From an uncultured cyanobacterium (GTDB lineage Bacteria; Cyanobacteriota; Cyanobacteriia; Cyanobacteriales; CAWCAG01), in NCBI GenBank assembly GCA_963803805.1, contig CAWDOD010000003.1, forward strand, positions 224,001-288,000: DNA of 64,000 bases, in the 5' to 3' direction. The position numbers and the translations under genes are program-made. Numbering within the stretch: the first letter of the stretch is position 1; the number at the start of each line of letters is the position of its first letter. The notes beneath the pieces are model-generated. The model was not told where the DNA came from, searched no databases, and worked only from the letters and a program-made list of their open reading frames with translations. This document shows, piece by piece, positions 50,069 through 59,860 of the stretch.

Positions 50069-51742
50069 TTGTCAGGGTCAGAAGCGAATTTGGGGCAGCA
50101 AGAATTGCTCCCTACTCAATTTGATGTTTTAGTGATAGGTGCTGGTGCTGCTGGGCTTTATGCTGCTCTTTGTTTACCAGATAATCTTCAGGTGGGCTTA
50201 ATTACCAAAGATGCCCTACAAACTGGTGCGAGTGAATGGGCCCAAGGTGGAATAGCAGCAGCGATCGCCCCTGAAGATTCTGCTAAGTTTCATTTTGCCG
50301 ATACCCTTAAAGCTGGTGCAGGATTGTGTGATCAAGCAGCCGTTAGTTTTTTGGTGGAAAATGCCCCCAAATGTATTAACTCTCTAGTTGATTTAGGGGT
50401 TGCTTTCGACCGCAAGCAGGGTAAACTTGCTATGACTTTAGAAGCAGCCCATTCTCAACCCCGTGTCCTCCATGCTGCTGATACTACAGGTAAAGCGATT
50501 GTTGGGACTCTCACTAACCGGGTTTTAAGCTGCCCTAACATACAAGTGATTTCCCAAGCTTTCGCTCTAAGTTTGTGGTTAGATCCCCAAACAAATCGTT
50601 GTCAAGGGGTAAGTATCTTATACCAAAAGCGTATCCTCTGGTTGAGATCCCCTAAAGTAATTTTAGCTACTGGAGGAGGGGGTCAAGTTTTTGCTCAAAC
50701 CACCAACCCTGCTGTTAGTACAGGGGATGGGGTAGCCCTAGCTTGGCGTGCTGGGGCTAGGGTTAGGGATTTAGAATTTGTCCAGTTTCATCCCACTGCT
50801 TTAACTAAACGAGGGGCCCCTCGTTTTTTGATTAGCGAAGCAGTACGGGGAGAAGGAGCGCATTTGGTAGACAAAGAGGGTAATCGCTTTGCCTTTGCCT
50901 ACCACCCAGCCGGAGAATTAGCCCCTAGAGATGTGGTTAGCCGGGCTATTTTTAATCACCTCCTAGAAAACTCTGCTAATCCTGCCGATGCTTGTGTCTA
51001 TTTAGATTTGCAACCTATTGAACCAGAAAGGATCAAGTATCGCTTCCCCAACATTATTAAGGTTTGTCGACAGTGGGGCATAGATGTATTTTCTCAACCA
51101 ATTCCCGTTGCCCCTGCTGCCCATTATTGGATGGGAGGTATTGCCGCAGATACCAACAATCAAACCTCTGTTCCCGGATTGTATACCGTAGGAGAAACTG
51201 CGAGTACAGGAGTTCACGGGGCTAATCGTTTAGCAAGTAATTCTTTGTTGGAATGTTTGGTTTTTGCGGCTCAATTAAGCAAAATGAAAGTCGAGGAGCA
51301 TTTATCTTTAACTCCAGAGTTACCAAGTTTAGAAGTTAAAGACAATTGGCATAGCGAAGCGCAGAAAATAACTCAAATTCGACAGCAGCTACCTATTTTG
51401 GTGTGGCAAAGTGCTGGTATCTGCCGTAGGGAGGAAGTTATGGAAGAGGCGATCGCTCAAATTGAGTCTTGGCGCAAAGAGTTTACTAGTTTCAATATGA
51501 GTCAGTATTTGCTGAGTTTACCAGCCAATCAAACGGTAAACTTAGCATCTCAAGAAGCAGAAGCACAACTAAAACTTTTTGCTGAAACCTTAAACTTATT
51601 GGATATTGCCTATTTAATTTTAAAAAGTGCTGTTTTCCGCACTGAAAGTCGAGGGGGGCATTATCGCAGCGACTACCCAAAAACATTACCAGAATGGCAA
51701 GTTCATACTTTGGTACAAGGCGATCGCTGGTGGAAAGCTTAA
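50069..51742 (+). CDS. nadB: L-aspartate oxidase
   Basis: GAGAAG, S.WAQGGIAAA, EAAHS..RVLH, QFHPT, LAPRDVVSRA, GVHGANRLASNSLLEC, ESRGGHYR. Confidence 0.95.
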   Translation: MSGSEANLGQQELLPTQFDVLVIGAGAAGLYAALCLPDNLQVGLITKDALQTGASEWAQGGIAAAIAPEDSAKFHFADTLKAGAGLCDQAAVSFLVENAPKCINSLVDLGVAFDRKQGKLAMTLEAAHSQPRVLHAADTTGKAIVGTLTNRVLSCPNIQVISQAFALSLWLDPQTNRCQGVSILYQKRILWLRSPKVILATGGGGQVFAQTTNPAVSTGDGVALAWRAGARVRDLEFVQFHPTALTKRGAPRFLISEAVRGEGAHLVDKEGNRFAFAYHPAGELAPRDVVSRAIFNHLLENSANPADACVYLDLQPIEPERIKYRFPNIIKVCRQWGIDVFSQPIPVAPAAHYWMGGIAADTNNQTSVPGLYTVGETASTGVHGANRLASNSLLECLVFAAQLSKMKVEEHLSLTPELPSLEVKDNWHSEAQKITQIRQQLPILVWQSAGICRREEVMEEAIAQIESWRKEFTSFNMSQYLLSLPANQTVNLASQEAEAQLKLFAETLNLLDIAYLILKSAVFRTESRGGHYRSDYPKTLPEWQVHTLVQGDRWWKA

Positions 51743-51744
51743 AT

Positions 51745-52098
51745 TCATCTCCTCACCCTACGTTTTGTATCTAGATGCCAGTAAGTAGTGAGAATTCTGG
51801 GATTAGGTAAACCGCCGAAACAAACTACTCGCAGACCTCTTAGGGCATCAGTAAATTGTGAATAAGGAGTATACTTTAAGCTACGGTCATTGAGGGTAAA
51901 AACCGTCGCTCCTTTGTGGAAATGTTTGCGGCCATAGAGCAAAGCAACCTTAATCATTGCTTCATTAATTGCCCTTTGCTGTTTGCGACGCTGGAGGTGG
52001 TTTCTATCTTGTTGGGAACTGGCAATTCTCAAGCTGCCCAGTTTTTTCTGGTTAACATCTCCTGCAATGGCGAGACTGATACGTTTGTGGGTATCCAT
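51745..52098 (-). CDS. Hypothetical protein, DUF4258-like
   Basis: H...R.QQRAI....I..AL.YG ... GLRVV ... ILTTY pattern. Confidence 0.5.
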   Translation of the reverse strand: MDTHKRISLAIAGDVNQKKLGSLRIASSQQDRNHLQRRKQQRAINEAMIKVALLYGRKHFHKGATVFTLNDRSLKYTPYSQFTDALRGLRVVCFGGLPNPRILTTYWHLDTKRRVRR

Positions 52099-52411
52099 GA
52101 TTCATACTTGTTCTTAATAATGTGGTTAATTGATTGCTCATAGTTGAGATGAAAAAATCGTGTCTATAGATTATGATTTCTCAAAAAGATGAGAAAAACA
52201 GTAAAAAATAGCAACTTTACTCTTTCTTAACGAGAAAAAGTCCTAGTTATTTAAACTAATTCAATTTTAAAATCCCCTGATTTCCTCAGACTAACTTGCT
52301 ATTAGCCTAATGTCAGTTAGTTTGCTTCCCAAGGAAATAAAGTGTTAATTTTCTTAAAGTTATCTGCCAGAATCTAATTGCTCACTGTTCGGCTTGCCGT
52401 TGCCCTAGGCA

Positions 52412-52918
52412 TTATTGATTAAACCAGGCTGTTAATGCTATAGCTAAAGCATCTGCTGCATCATCTGGTTTAGGTACATAGTTCAATTCTAATTCTCTGG
52501 CTACTGCTTCTTGAACTTCAGATTTATTAGCATTGCCATATCCAGTTAATGCCTGTTTAATTTGGGCAGGGGTAAATTCTACATAGGGAAGATTATGTTG
52601 TGCCACAACTAACATAACAACCCCCCTAGCTTGGGCAACATTAATCGTACTACTCATGCGGTAGAAGAATAATTTTTCTATAGCTACTAGATCCGGATGT
52701 ACCTCTTGTAGCAATGTATTGAGGTCATTGTATATAGTAGAAAGCCTATCTCCCATGGGAGTTTTAGCTTTTGTCTCAATAATGCCAAAATCTAGTAACT
52801 TAATAGTCTCAGGGATATAATTACCAATTTTTGTTCTTGTTTCTACTATGGGACAGCTAATCGTACCAAATCCCACGGTGGCTATGCCGGGATCAATACC
52901 TAAAATTTGCTTTTCCAT
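52412..52918 (-). CDS. ruvC: Crossover junction endodeoxyribonuclease RuvC
   Basis: [31 protein letters not shown]. Confidence 0.95.
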   Translation of the reverse strand: MEKQILGIDPGIATVGFGTISCPIVETRTKIGNYIPETIKLLDFGIIETKAKTPMGDRLSTIYNDLNTLLQEVHPDLVAIEKLFFYRMSSTINVAQARGVVMLVVAQHNLPYVEFTPAQIKQALTGYGNANKSEVQEAVARELELNYVPKPDDAADALAIALTAWFNQ

Positions 52919-53169
52919 TAAGTACGTGGTTGATAGTTGTTTAGTTTTGGGTTAGGCATTTTTCTTTATTACAAGTTAAGTTGTTTTGATTACATCCCAA
53001 ATTATGGGAAAACTGTATGTTCGATAGCAATTGTGTCCTATTTTCTCCCATCTATGGCAACCTTAATTCTATTAGCTTCTCTAAATTCATGTTCTGATCT
53101 TTAGCTCTTTCTTGCCTTTTTCTTCCAGAAGTCAAGTAATCCCTTTTATTTATTGTTCAGTCAATTACT

Positions 53170-54561
53170 ATGTTAGTCAGTCCATTCAAACAAGCTTTAC
53201 GTACAATCAAGCCTCAAATACGCAATCTGGCAGATGCACAGCGTCGAACCTCTCCTCGTCTTAATCGTTGGTTTAAATGGCTAGCACCGGGATTGTTAGT
53301 AAAGCGCTGGTTATTAGTTAGCGCAACAGGGGTTTTACTGACAAGTTTAGGGTTAGCTATTTGGGTTAAGCTTACACCCATTTATTATTTAATTGATTTA
53401 ACTTCTAGATGCCTAGAAGCTTTAGCTAAAGTTCTTCCTAGCTACGTGTCAGGGCCTTTGGCTATTCTATCAGGTTTATTCTTGGTTTTTTGGGGACAAA
53501 CTCGCACTATGGGTTCGATTACGAAAGTTCTTAAGCCAGAAAATGATGAAGAGTTAATTGATGTTTTGATGGCCCATCGCCGCTTGAAACGAGGGGCCAA
53601 AATCGTGACTGTTGGTGGTGGTACGGGGCTTTCTACTTTATTGAGGGGTCTAAAGGAGTATAGTGCTAATATCACAGCTATTGTTACTGTAGCTGATGAT
53701 GGTGGTTCTTCAGGAAGACTACGCCGGGAGATTGGAGTTTTGCCACCAGGGGATATTCGCAACTGTGTGGCTGCTTTGGCTGATGAAGAAAAACTCTTAA
53801 CGGAACTTTTCCAATATCGTTTCCAAGCCGGGGATGGTTTAACTGGCCATAGTTTTGGTAACTTGTTTCTGACCGCTATGAGTGAAATTGCTGGAGACTT
53901 AGAACAGGCGATCGCTGCTAGTTCTAAAGTTTTGGCGGTTAAAGGTAGAGTTTTGCCCGCTACTTTGAGTGATGTTAGGTTGTGGGCGCAATTAAATGAT
54001 GGCAGAGTCATAGAAGGGGAATCAAATATTACTGAAGCTGGGGGGCAAATTTGTAAAATCGGTTGCCGTCCTGCCGATCCCCCTGCCCTTCCTGCTGCAA
54101 TTAAGGCTATTGAGGAAGCAGAGTGTATTATTATGGGGCCTGGTAGTCTTTATACCAGCGTTATTCCGAACCTATTGGTTCCTGAAATTCGTAGCGCCAT
54201 CGCTCTTAGTAAGGCTCCTCGCATCTACGTTTGCAACATTATGACTCAACCAGGAGAAACGGAAGGTTATAGCGTTGCTGATCATATCCGAGCAATTGAT
54301 GAAATTTGTGGCCAACGTCTATTTGATGCTGTTGTGGTACATCGCAAGTCTCCCTCAGCCCATACTTTAATTAGGTATGCTCAACAAAACTCTCATCCTG
54401 TATTTCTTGATCGCGAAGATGTGACTAAATTAGGTCGTCGCATCGTTTCTGCCAACATTATGGATGAAAATGAAGAAACAGGTTACGTGCGCCATGATTC
54501 CCACCGGTTAGCTAAGGTTTTATTACGTTGGTATGGGGCTACTCATGGGTTTAAGTTTTAG
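53170..54561 (+). CDS. yvcK: YvcK/GlmR (gluconeogenesis factor) family protein with N-terminal TM domain
   Basis: [55 protein letters not shown]. Confidence 0.9.
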   Translation: MLVSPFKQALRTIKPQIRNLADAQRRTSPRLNRWFKWLAPGLLVKRWLLVSATGVLLTSLGLAIWVKLTPIYYLIDLTSRCLEALAKVLPSYVSGPLAILSGLFLVFWGQTRTMGSITKVLKPENDEELIDVLMAHRRLKRGAKIVTVGGGTGLSTLLRGLKEYSANITAIVTVADDGGSSGRLRREIGVLPPGDIRNCVAALADEEKLLTELFQYRFQAGDGLTGHSFGNLFLTAMSEIAGDLEQAIAASSKVLAVKGRVLPATLSDVRLWAQLNDGRVIEGESNITEAGGQICKIGCRPADPPALPAAIKAIEEAECIIMGPGSLYTSVIPNLLVPEIRSAIALSKAPRIYVCNIMTQPGETEGYSVADHIRAIDEICGQRLFDAVVVHRKSPSAHTLIRYAQQNSHPVFLDREDVTKLGRRIVSANIMDENEETGYVRHDSHRLAKVLLRWYGATHGFKF

Positions 54562-54596
54562 AAAAAGGAACGGCAGGCAAAGCCGTACAATTATCA

Positions 54597-55583
54597 ATGT
54601 CCTTCAAGTTATTGCTTCTGAGTTGTACCACTTTCTATCAAATAGTTAGCTGCTTGCTTGAAGCAAGGCAGTTGCCCCCCGGAGAACTTATTGATATAGG
54701 TGGATACTGTTTGCATTTAGTTGTTGCTGGGAAAGCTCAAGAAGGTCAACCTACCATCGTTTTAGATCATAGTTTAGGGGGTGTAGAAGGCTATTTGTTA
54801 CAAGAAAAATTGGCAGAGTTAGGGCAAGTTTGTATTTATGATCGCGCTGGCTATGGTTGGAGTGATTCTAGCCCAGAAATGAGAACTAGCGATCGCCTTG
54901 TTACGGAATTAGATACACTGCTGACTAAGGCTATGATTGCACCGCCCTATATTTTGATAGGAGATTCTTTTGGTAGTTACAACGCTAGACTCTATGGCCA
55001 GAGATTTCCTCAAAAGGTAGTAGGAATAGTACTTACAGATGGACTTCACGAAAGTGCAATGTTGCAGATGCCTTTTGCTTTACGAGGGTTACAGTACTTT
55101 TTTATTTCCGGTTTTCTGATGTCTATTTTAGGTTCGGCTTTAGGTATTATTCGGTTTTTAAAAACTATGGGGGTGTTTGAGTTACTTAAACCGGAGTTAC
55201 GCCAGTTTTTCTACAAAGATGTAGAGGTGGTGAAGCGCTCTTTTTGTCGCCCTAAACATTGGCTAACTATGAGTCGAGAACTTTTCTGTCTACAAAGAAG
55301 CGGGCATCAAGCCAAGATGGCTCAACAGTTTAGAGATTTACCAATAGTTAATATCAAAGCTAATTCGTTTTTTAAACCATCCCTTTGGACAAGATTTATT
55401 CCTTTAGCTACTGCTAATCAATTAAGGGAAAGAATGCATGAAGAATTACTTAAACTTTCCACCGAATGCCAACAACTTCAAGCCAGCAAAAGCAGTCATT
55501 TTGTTTGGGTAGATGAACCCCAGATTATTGTTGAGGCAGTGAAGATTATTTTGAATAAAATACAGGAAAGTGACTTATCCTAG
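54597..55583 (+). CDS. Alpha/beta hydrolase
   Basis: YDRAGYGWS, GDSFG nucleophile elbow, SSHFVW. Confidence 0.85.
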   Translation: MSFKLLLLSCTTFYQIVSCLLEARQLPPGELIDIGGYCLHLVVAGKAQEGQPTIVLDHSLGGVEGYLLQEKLAELGQVCIYDRAGYGWSDSSPEMRTSDRLVTELDTLLTKAMIAPPYILIGDSFGSYNARLYGQRFPQKVVGIVLTDGLHESAMLQMPFALRGLQYFFISGFLMSILGSALGIIRFLKTMGVFELLKPELRQFFYKDVEVVKRSFCRPKHWLTMSRELFCLQRSGHQAKMAQQFRDLPIVNIKANSFFKPSLWTRFIPLATANQLRERMHEELLKLSTECQQLQASKSSHFVWVDEPQIIVEAVKIILNKIQESDLS

Positions 55584-55649
55584 TGAAAGTAGGGTGGGCA
55601 AAAATAGTAGAGTGGTTATTTGTTCACATCCCCAATAAAATTGCTATAA

Positions 55650-56510
55650 ATGACATTACTGCCACCATTTTTACTGCTAGATAGATTGTTACAAGACTGG
55701 TTATTAGAGGATATTGGTAGGGGCGATCGCGCTACCCAAAGCTTAGTTGCTAGTTCTCAAACTGTTAAAGCCCAGTGGATTGCTAAAGAAGTTGGAGTTA
55801 TTGCCGGATTGCCCATTGCCGCAAGGGTTTTTCAATTACTTAACAACCAGGTAAACTTCACAGCTACAGTGCCAGAGGGTCAACATTGTGATTCTTCAGG
55901 ACAGTTAATTGCTACCATTGAAGGGCCTCTTGAGGCCCTTTTAACAGGAGAACGAGTTGCTCTTAATTTAGCAATGCGATTAAGCGGTATTGCCACCATG
56001 ACTCAGAAATATGTAGCTGAGATTGCTGATTTGCCAACTCAATTTGTGGATACTCGTAAGACAACACCAGGATTGAGATTGTTAGAAAAGTATGCCACTC
56101 AGGTGGGGGGTGGTGTTAACCAACGTTTGGGGTTAGATGATAGCGTCATTATTAAAGATAATCATATTGCCGTAGCAGGAAGTATTGGTCAAGCAATTAC
56201 TCAGGTTCGTTCTCATCTTCCTTATCCCCTCACTATTGAAGTTGAGACAGAAAATTTAGACCAGGTGAAAGAAGTCTTAGAATATGAAGTAGAGGCGATT
56301 ATGTTAGATAATATGCCTGTGGAGATGATGAAACAAGCGATCGCCATAATTAGAGATCAAAACCAGAGAATTAAAATCGAAGCCTCCGGAAACGTCAATC
56401 TCAAAACCATCCGTACCATAGCAGAAACGGGAGTAGATTATATTTCTAGCAGTGCGCCAATTACTCGTTCAACTTGGTTGGATTTAAGTATGAAAATGAG
56501 TAAAAATTAA
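55650..56510 (+). CDS. nadC: Nicotinate-nucleotide diphosphorylase (carboxylating)
   Basis: ERVALN, SGIAT, DTRKTTPGLR, IKDNHI, MLDN, EASGN. Confidence 0.95.
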   Translation: MTLLPPFLLLDRLLQDWLLEDIGRGDRATQSLVASSQTVKAQWIAKEVGVIAGLPIAARVFQLLNNQVNFTATVPEGQHCDSSGQLIATIEGPLEALLTGERVALNLAMRLSGIATMTQKYVAEIADLPTQFVDTRKTTPGLRLLEKYATQVGGGVNQRLGLDDSVIIKDNHIAVAGSIGQAITQVRSHLPYPLTIEVETENLDQVKEVLEYEVEAIMLDNMPVEMMKQAIAIIRDQNQRIKIEASGNVNLKTIRTIAETGVDYISSSAPITRSTWLDLSMKMSKN

Positions 56511-56565
56511 AAGTTAAACTGTTACCTAGAACCATCGCCCATTACTTATTATCTCTTGCCTTTTA

Positions 56566-57552
56566 ATGATGAGAAATCTTTACTTCCTTCTGCCTGGAAC
56601 AACAAAAAAGTTTGGTGGCGGTGGACTTTGGGCAGAGATGAAAACTGTCAATTTAGCTAGGCAAATCTGCCCAGTACAAATTGTAACTTATCGACAGCGA
56701 GAAGATAATTATCCTTTCTTAACCGAGGTTCTTAAAAAGCCCCATTTAGAAGATAGTATTTTCTGTGTTAGTTGGGGTTTTGATGTGCCGAAGTTAGTAG
56801 CTAAGCTTCAAGATTATAATTTAATCTATCATGCCCACAGCGCTAATTATGGGTTCAATCTACCTGCTAATATCCCAATTCTTACTGTAAGCCGTAACAC
56901 TATGGGTTATTGGGGACAAAAATCACCTAATAGTTTAATTTACTATTTACCTAATCAAATTGGTGAGGAATTTTGTAACCTGCAAAAAACAAGGGATATT
57001 GATGTTTTAGTGCAAGTTCGTAAGTCTTCGGAATATTTATTAAGCCAACTAGTTCCTGCTTTAAAATCCCGTTGTCGTCTTCAACTTCTTGAGGGATTTG
57101 TAGAGGATTTAGCCGGATTATTTAATGGTAGTAAAGTTTACCTTTATGACTCCGCAGAATATTGGGCAACAAACGGAGTTACAGAAGGTTTTGGTTTGCC
57201 CCCCTTAGAAGCCCTCGCTTGTGGTTGTCAGGTATTTTCTAGCGTCAATAGCGCTTTAGCTGATTATCTTGATCCTGGCTTTAATTGCCATAAAATTGCT
57301 GGCTATTCCTTAGAATATGATTTACAACGCATTCTCGCTGTGGTTAACTCTTCTCAAACTCAGGAACTACCAGCATCATTTTGGTCTATGTATCGTAGTG
57401 AAACCTTGGTAAAAAGATTGGAGGTGATTTTAACAGAAATAAATCACTTTTTTGATAGTAATAAAACTAAACAAACAATAATTCGAGGACTAAGTAAGAG
57501 GCGTTTGCAAAAGTTGTGGTTACAGCAAAAGCTGGCTAAGTTACTTAAATAA
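56566..57552 (+). CDS. GT-B glycosyltransferase (family 4-like)
   Basis: EGFGLPPLEALACG motif. Confidence 0.82.
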   Translation: MMRNLYFLLPGTTKKFGGGGLWAEMKTVNLARQICPVQIVTYRQREDNYPFLTEVLKKPHLEDSIFCVSWGFDVPKLVAKLQDYNLIYHAHSANYGFNLPANIPILTVSRNTMGYWGQKSPNSLIYYLPNQIGEEFCNLQKTRDIDVLVQVRKSSEYLLSQLVPALKSRCRLQLLEGFVEDLAGLFNGSKVYLYDSAEYWATNGVTEGFGLPPLEALACGCQVFSSVNSALADYLDPGFNCHKIAGYSLEYDLQRILAVVNSSQTQELPASFWSMYRSETLVKRLEVILTEINHFFDSNKTKQTIIRGLSKRRLQKLWLQQKLAKLLK

Positions 57553-57566
57553 TTGATTTCTTAATT

Positions 57567-57764
57567 CTAAATATCTTTTTGCTTCTGCTTAAAACGCCAG
57601 TAATAAAACACATAAGCTAATGCGAAAAGTTGTACCGGAACAATAGTAAGATAGTTCCTGATAATAGGGTTAATTTCTAAGCTAGAGAAGGTTAAAAAAT
57701 AGCCCATACCTAGCAAAACAAAAAAGACAGATAAAATAGTTTTTTTCGTTTTCGACTTAAGCAT
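57567..57764 (-). CDS. Small hypothetical membrane protein
   Basis: Two hydrophobic segments; GGAGG RBS upstream; follows the TM2 gene. Confidence 0.55.
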   Translation of the reverse strand: MLKSKTKKTILSVFFVLLGMGYFLTFSSLEINPIIRNYLTIVPVQLFALAYVFYYWRFKQKQKDI

Positions 57765-57803
57765 AACTATATTGTTAACACCTCCTCAATTACTAAATCA
57801 ACT

Positions 57804-58070
57804 TTAGAACCAACCTTTTTTATTGAGCATATACATTTGAAAAAACTCTTCATCAGTTTTAGTCAGATAAACAATACCTTCTGCTAAACCAATAACTCCC
57901 ATAACCACACCACCAGTGCCACAGGTTAGGAGAGTGATTAACAACATAACCACACCTTCGTTAGTGTAACCTAAAATAAATTTGTGAATGCCTAGCGCCC
58001 CTAAGAGAATGCCGCAAATTCCAGCAGCCGTCTTTTTACTATTGGCTTCGCTTAGATTCGGTTCTATCAT
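57804..58070 (-). CDS. TM2 domain protein
   Basis: KK.AAGICGILLG.LGIHKFILGY..EG. Confidence 0.85.
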   Translation of the reverse strand: MIEPNLSEANSKKTAAGICGILLGALGIHKFILGYTNEGVVMLLITLLTCGTGGVVMGVIGLAEGIVYLTKTDEEFFQMYMLNKKGWF

Positions 58071-58198
58071 AGTTAATATTCCTAACTAGCTTGACTTTAA
58101 TATTATAGCTAATGCTTAGAGTCAGCTATGGCTAACATCTCATTTATAATGCCCAAGGTTCCCAAAAAAATCCAGATATGTAAAGCTTCCCTAAGAGA

Positions 58199-58325
58199 TA
58201 AGCTGATGTGCATTTAAACTGTGTATTACTCAACTAGGAAATAAGCCCTAAAATCCTCCCCCCATCTCCCTATCTCCCTATCTCCCCATCAAACCTAATA
58301 AGTAAGTTAAATGCCTGACAGCTTA
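58199..58325. mobile_element. MITE-like element (copy B, inverted, with a 24-bp octamer expansion)
   Basis: Reverse complement of 47098-47200 plus 3 extra CCC(C/T)ATCT units. Confidence 0.75.
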
Positions 58326-58379
58326 GATTAATAAACTAATAGCTAAAAGCCAAAAAATATCAGTTTAAATTGTTGCCAA

Positions 58380-59162
58380 TTAACTAGAAGCGCTTGTATA
58401 AAAACGCAGAGCAAATCCCCAAAAAACCTTAGAAATCATTAACAAAATAAATGCTAATATACCTGCGCCAAGAAACCAAATAAATTCTCCTTTTCCTAAC
58501 ATAGCTTGGGCAGGAACAGTAGTTAGAAAAGCCACAGGAACCACAAAAGTAAAAAAGAGGCGATAGATAGCAGGATAGGCGACTAAAGGATAGCGCCCTG
58601 CTTCTAAGAAACCACGCAATACTTCTGTGACATTATAAATTTTTACAAACCAAACGCTAGTAGTCCCTAACATAAACCAAAGACTATAAAGAATCATCAA
58701 ACCAAAAAGTAAAGGCACTAGACTTAATAAATAATCACCCCAAGACAAACTTAAGCGTATTCCGGCATAAATAATAATTGCCCAACCAAACAATAAATCT
58801 GGTATTCCCCAAGGAGAAACCATTCTCGTTGAGAGCCAAAATTGACTGCTAATGGGCTTAAGGAGAATAAAGTCTAAAGTGCCTTGTTCAACTTGCTTGA
58901 CAATACGGTTAAGGTTCGGTACTAAAAACGTCGTAGAAAAACCTTGCAAAATAGTAAAAACCCCCAAAACAATTAAGGCTTCTTCCCAACTCCAACCCTC
59001 AAATTCATAACCAGTACGATAAAATAGAAAAAGACTAAATAAGTTACCTGCTAAACCGCCTAAACTACTCAAAGCGGCGATGAGAAAATTGAGACGATAT
59101 TCCAACTCTGCTGCGATCGCAGTTGTCCAAAATAAAATCAGCACCTTAAAATATTTGTTCAT
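58380..59162 (-). CDS. ABC-2 type transporter permease (DUF990-like)
   Basis: ELEYR.NF, GTLDFILLKP, RYP..YP, PVAFLTTVPA, ALRFYTSASS. Confidence 0.85.
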   Translation of the reverse strand: MNKYFKVLILFWTTAIAAELEYRLNFLIAALSSLGGLAGNLFSLFLFYRTGYEFEGWSWEEALIVLGVFTILQGFSTTFLVPNLNRIVKQVEQGTLDFILLKPISSQFWLSTRMVSPWGIPDLLFGWAIIIYAGIRLSLSWGDYLLSLVPLLFGLMILYSLWFMLGTTSVWFVKIYNVTEVLRGFLEAGRYPLVAYPAIYRLFFTFVVPVAFLTTVPAQAMLGKGEFIWFLGAGILAFILLMISKVFWGFALRFYTSASS

Positions 59163-59310
59163 TCAACACCCCAGCCCCAGACTAATATCTCAATTTTCAC
59201 CATTTTCGGCGTAATTGTGTACCCTGTGCTGATATAAGATGGGACTATATGGAAAAAAAAATAAACTTATAGAGGGACTATCAATAGTTTCTCTCAAGTT
59301 TTGAGCAAAG

Positions 59311-59766
59311 TTGTTAGGAGAAATAAGTTTGATGAAAAAATTGTTTAGTTTGCTAGCTGCACTCATTCTGACAGTTAGCTCTTTTTGTCTATTCGGGCAA
59401 CAACCAGCCCAGGCAGTTGATTTGAGTGGTTTAACCTGGCAATCATCTCCGATTTTAGCGATGGATCTAGACGTTGAGCGTCGCAATCCTGCTGATGCTA
59501 AACTAGCTAGTGATTATGGTCAAAAAATTGATCTAAACAATGCTAACGTACGTTCTTTTCGCGATTTACGAGGATTCTATCCTACTTTAGCCGCCAAAAT
59601 CGCTCGTAATGGCCCTTATGAAAAAGTAGAAGATGTTCTCAATATCCCTGGATTAAGTGAACGTTTAAAGTCTCGCCTACAAGCTAATTTAGATAAATTC
59701 ACTGTAACTAAGCCTTCTGATGCTTTTAATCAAGAAGCAAATCGCTTTAATAATGGCGAATATTAA
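59311..59766 (+). CDS. psbU: Photosystem II 12 kDa extrinsic protein PsbU
   Basis: Signal peptide; KIDLNN..VR.F....G.YPTLA.KI....PY..VEDVLNIPGLSE; R.NNG.Y; start probably ATG near 59332. Confidence 0.93.
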   Translation: MLGEISLMKKLFSLLAALILTVSSFCLFGQQPAQAVDLSGLTWQSSPILAMDLDVERRNPADAKLASDYGQKIDLNNANVRSFRDLRGFYPTLAAKIARNGPYEKVEDVLNIPGLSERLKSRLQANLDKFTVTKPSDAFNQEANRFNNGEY

Positions 59767-59827
59767 TCTTAAAGTTTAGTCATTACAAAAATCTTTGGTG
59801 CTACTAAAACTAATTAGCACTCAATAC

Positions 59828-59855
59828 TAACCCATCTTCATCAGGGGATGGGTTA
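59828..59855. terminator. Hairpin between convergent psbU and CHAT genes
   Basis: TAACCCATC / GATGGGTTA stem. Confidence 0.55.
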
Positions 59856-59860
59856 AGTTG

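Noticed and set aside
52412-52918. RuvC as a Cas12/TnpB-related nuclease linked to the CRISPR remnant
   Set aside because: Typical 168-aa housekeeping Holliday junction resolvase, 16 kb from the array.
53442-54011. 189-aa ORF antisense to yvcK, and similar antisense ORFs inside fusA, cysS, nadB and the FHA gene
   Set aside because: Fully overlap well-supported genes on the opposite strand and lack motifs.
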